A stretch of DNA of 60,782 bases, counting the filler, from Diploschistes diacapsis (Eukaryota), in the NCBI GenBank assembly GCA_023645945.1. It is 8 parts of 8 records of this genome, joined end to end, with 100 filler letters (N's around TTAATTAATTAA, not from the genome) between each part and the next. Parts side by side here need not be neighbours in the genome. Positions count along the whole stretch, not along the records: positions 56,120 to 60,782 come from JALAIB010001671.1; 7 more parts are not named here. One strand, given 5' to 3'. Under the pieces are notes generated by a model. That model ran no database searches and was not told the origin of the DNA. It worked only from the letters and a program-made list of their open reading frames with translations. Position numbers and translations under genes: made by a program. Within the stretch, counting starts at the first letter, position 1; each line of letters begins with the position of its first letter. Of this stretch, positions 58,938 to 60,782 are shown in pieces.

Positions 58938-60061
58938 ATGGCTTCAGCTATACGCTCGGCCTTTGCGCTGACGGCGGTGTTCAAGCAGTTGCCCAAGAAG
59001 ACTTCATTTCGAGCTCTGCAGCTTCAGAGTCGAAGCCTCCACCACCAGTCTCCACTCAAGGCCCAATCCTCGAATCTCTTCAACAAAGCAAAGTCCACAG
59101 CCTCGACAACAACATCAAGTATCGTCCAGCGCTCCCGCGATGCCTTTCGCCGTGCATACTCTCAGCAGACGACGTCCGTCCCTAACCCTGCCGGCACCGG
59201 TAACCTAAGCCAGCGCCTCCTTTACGGTGCGGCCATCTTCGGTGGAACACTCATCGTCACTAACCTTGTCTTCAACCGCGAAACGCGCGAAGATGGCGGC
59301 ATGCCGCCTTTCGAGCGGACGTACCTCAACGAGACTTTCATGCACACCGGCCTGGGTATCGGTATCATTGCGGTCGCTGCAAGGGCGCTGCATCAGAGCG
59401 GATGGAGCATTCGCCTCATGGCTTCGAACCCATGGCTCGTGATGGGCGGTGGGTTGGTAGTTAGTATCGGGACAATGTACGGGTGCATGGCCACATCGCC
59501 GGACAAGTAAGCTTCTTTCTCCTTTCCATCTCCTCTGTCACGCTTCCCTTTTCCAGGTACAGCTAACAACATGGTTGTAGCTACATCCAAAAATACGCCC
59601 TCTGGGCCGGTTTCAACGTGACTCAAGCCGCGCTCCTCTCCCCCTTGCTCTTCTTCTCCCCCGCCCTCCTCGCACGCGCAGGTCTCTACACCGTGGCTAT
59701 GATGGGCTCCATCGCCGTCGTCGGCGCGACCGCCAAAACAGACAAATACCTCTACCTCGGCGGCCCGCTCCTCGCAGGCGTTGCCATCGTCGCAGTCTCC
59801 GGCTTCGCCCCTCTCGTGCTCCCTGCCACCGCAGCGCGAACCCTGGCTGTGACGGAGAATATCTGGCTCTGGGGCGGTCTGGCCGTTTTTGGCGGGTTTA
59901 CGCTGTACGACGTGCAGAAGATTCTACACCATGCGAGGCTAGCGGAACGGGGCCTCGCACGGAGGGACGCGGTTAATGAGAGTATTAGCCTGGAGCTGGA
60001 CTTTATCAATATTTTTGTGAGGATGGTGCAGATTCTAGGGATGAGCCAGAGGAGAAAGTAA
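58938..60061 (+). CDS. Mitochondrial Bax inhibitor-1 family protein (GHITM/MICS1-like)
   Basis: Presequence, VFNRETREDGGMPPFERTYLNETFMHTG, YLYLGGPLLAG and TLYDVQKI...SISLELDFINIFVR. One intron at about 59507-59580. Confidence 0.92.
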
Positions 60062-60782
60062 GGAAGTTGAAAAACTGATTCGAGGGTTAAGTACGAGAAG
60101 TGGGTTAGAGCCCTTGAGGCGGGGAGGCTCCGTGTGGAGGAAATATGGGTGAGGATTAAGATTGTATGCTACTTTGCTACAGATTCGGAGCTTTCTCGGG
60201 CGTTGGCATACTAATAGCCTGGCGGAAATACATGTCTTTGTATTGATATGGGTTTTTTGTGAGCAGCGAGTGCGATCTATAGCATATAGGTAGTCTGGCA
60301 AGTGAAGGTGTCAAGATCCCTGCTCACCTCATCTCCACTAACCTGGGCTCCCATACTTTCGGGCAGTTTTGTAGTGACATGGAGTTATCTAAAAGCCCAT
60401 CTGCTGAGTCGGTATTCTGGACAGTCGACACCCCCTTCTTCGAGCAGCGCCCCCAGACGCTGCACTGCACCTCAGAGAGAAGAGGGTACGCTGAGTATAT
60501 ATGCGAGCAGGACATGTACATAATTGGTCTTTTTCGTATCTGAACCAGCATCTGGACAATCGTCTGATTCGCCTTCTCCACGTCGGAGCCAAGATATCTC
60601 GATCTCGAAGATATCGCGAGATGGCTCCAAGGTACATACGAACCTATTCAACACACGTTCAGTGGCCCCCCCCCCCCCACCACCCAGCCAAGCTCACAAA
60701 AACAGATCAGGCTCCTGCACTCCCTCCTTTCCTCTTCCCTCCGTCCATCCATCATCCTCTTCCCATGCGCCCATGCTCCCCG

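Noticed and set aside
60302..60782. Several overlapping 60-85 aa ORFs at the window end
   Set aside because: No frame is clearly coding or recognisable.

Overview
This is filamentous ascomycete (Pezizomycotina, probably Eurotiomycetes) nuclear DNA with short GT-AG introns and signs of RIP. It is not one locus. Eight contigs are joined by an artificial 100-nt linker (N44-TTAATTAATTAA-N44): one piece of at least 27 kb, then contigs of 4708, 4708, 4698, 4696, 4690, 4678 and at least 4663 bp. Adjacency across linkers is therefore not biological. Contig 1 carries housekeeping genes: DEF1, a conserved hypothetical protein, an OSCA/TMEM63 channel, HOF1/Imp2-like F-BAR-SH3, NTF2, TVP18, an AIM21-like protein and probably the start of MRPL28. 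The small contigs carry YPT7/Rab7, BCKDH E1-alpha, a GCPII-like M28 peptidase, a GHITM/BI-1 protein, an atypical NAD(P)-binding protein and an intronless cytosolic trypsin-fold protease with an intact triad. Much unannotated structure is a set of non-autonomous DNA transposons: three copies of a 210-bp Fot1/pogo-type MITE, a 1.3-kb foldback element sharing its terminal 11 bp, a complete 65-bp hAT mini-element with an 8-bp TSD, RIP-damaged Tc1-like ends and a candidate solo LTR. Most are nested around YPT7. The best novelty leads are the protease, the three-ended foldback element and mini-hAT, and a structured 232-nt intron in TVP18. No homology searches could be run; family calls rest on motif recognition.
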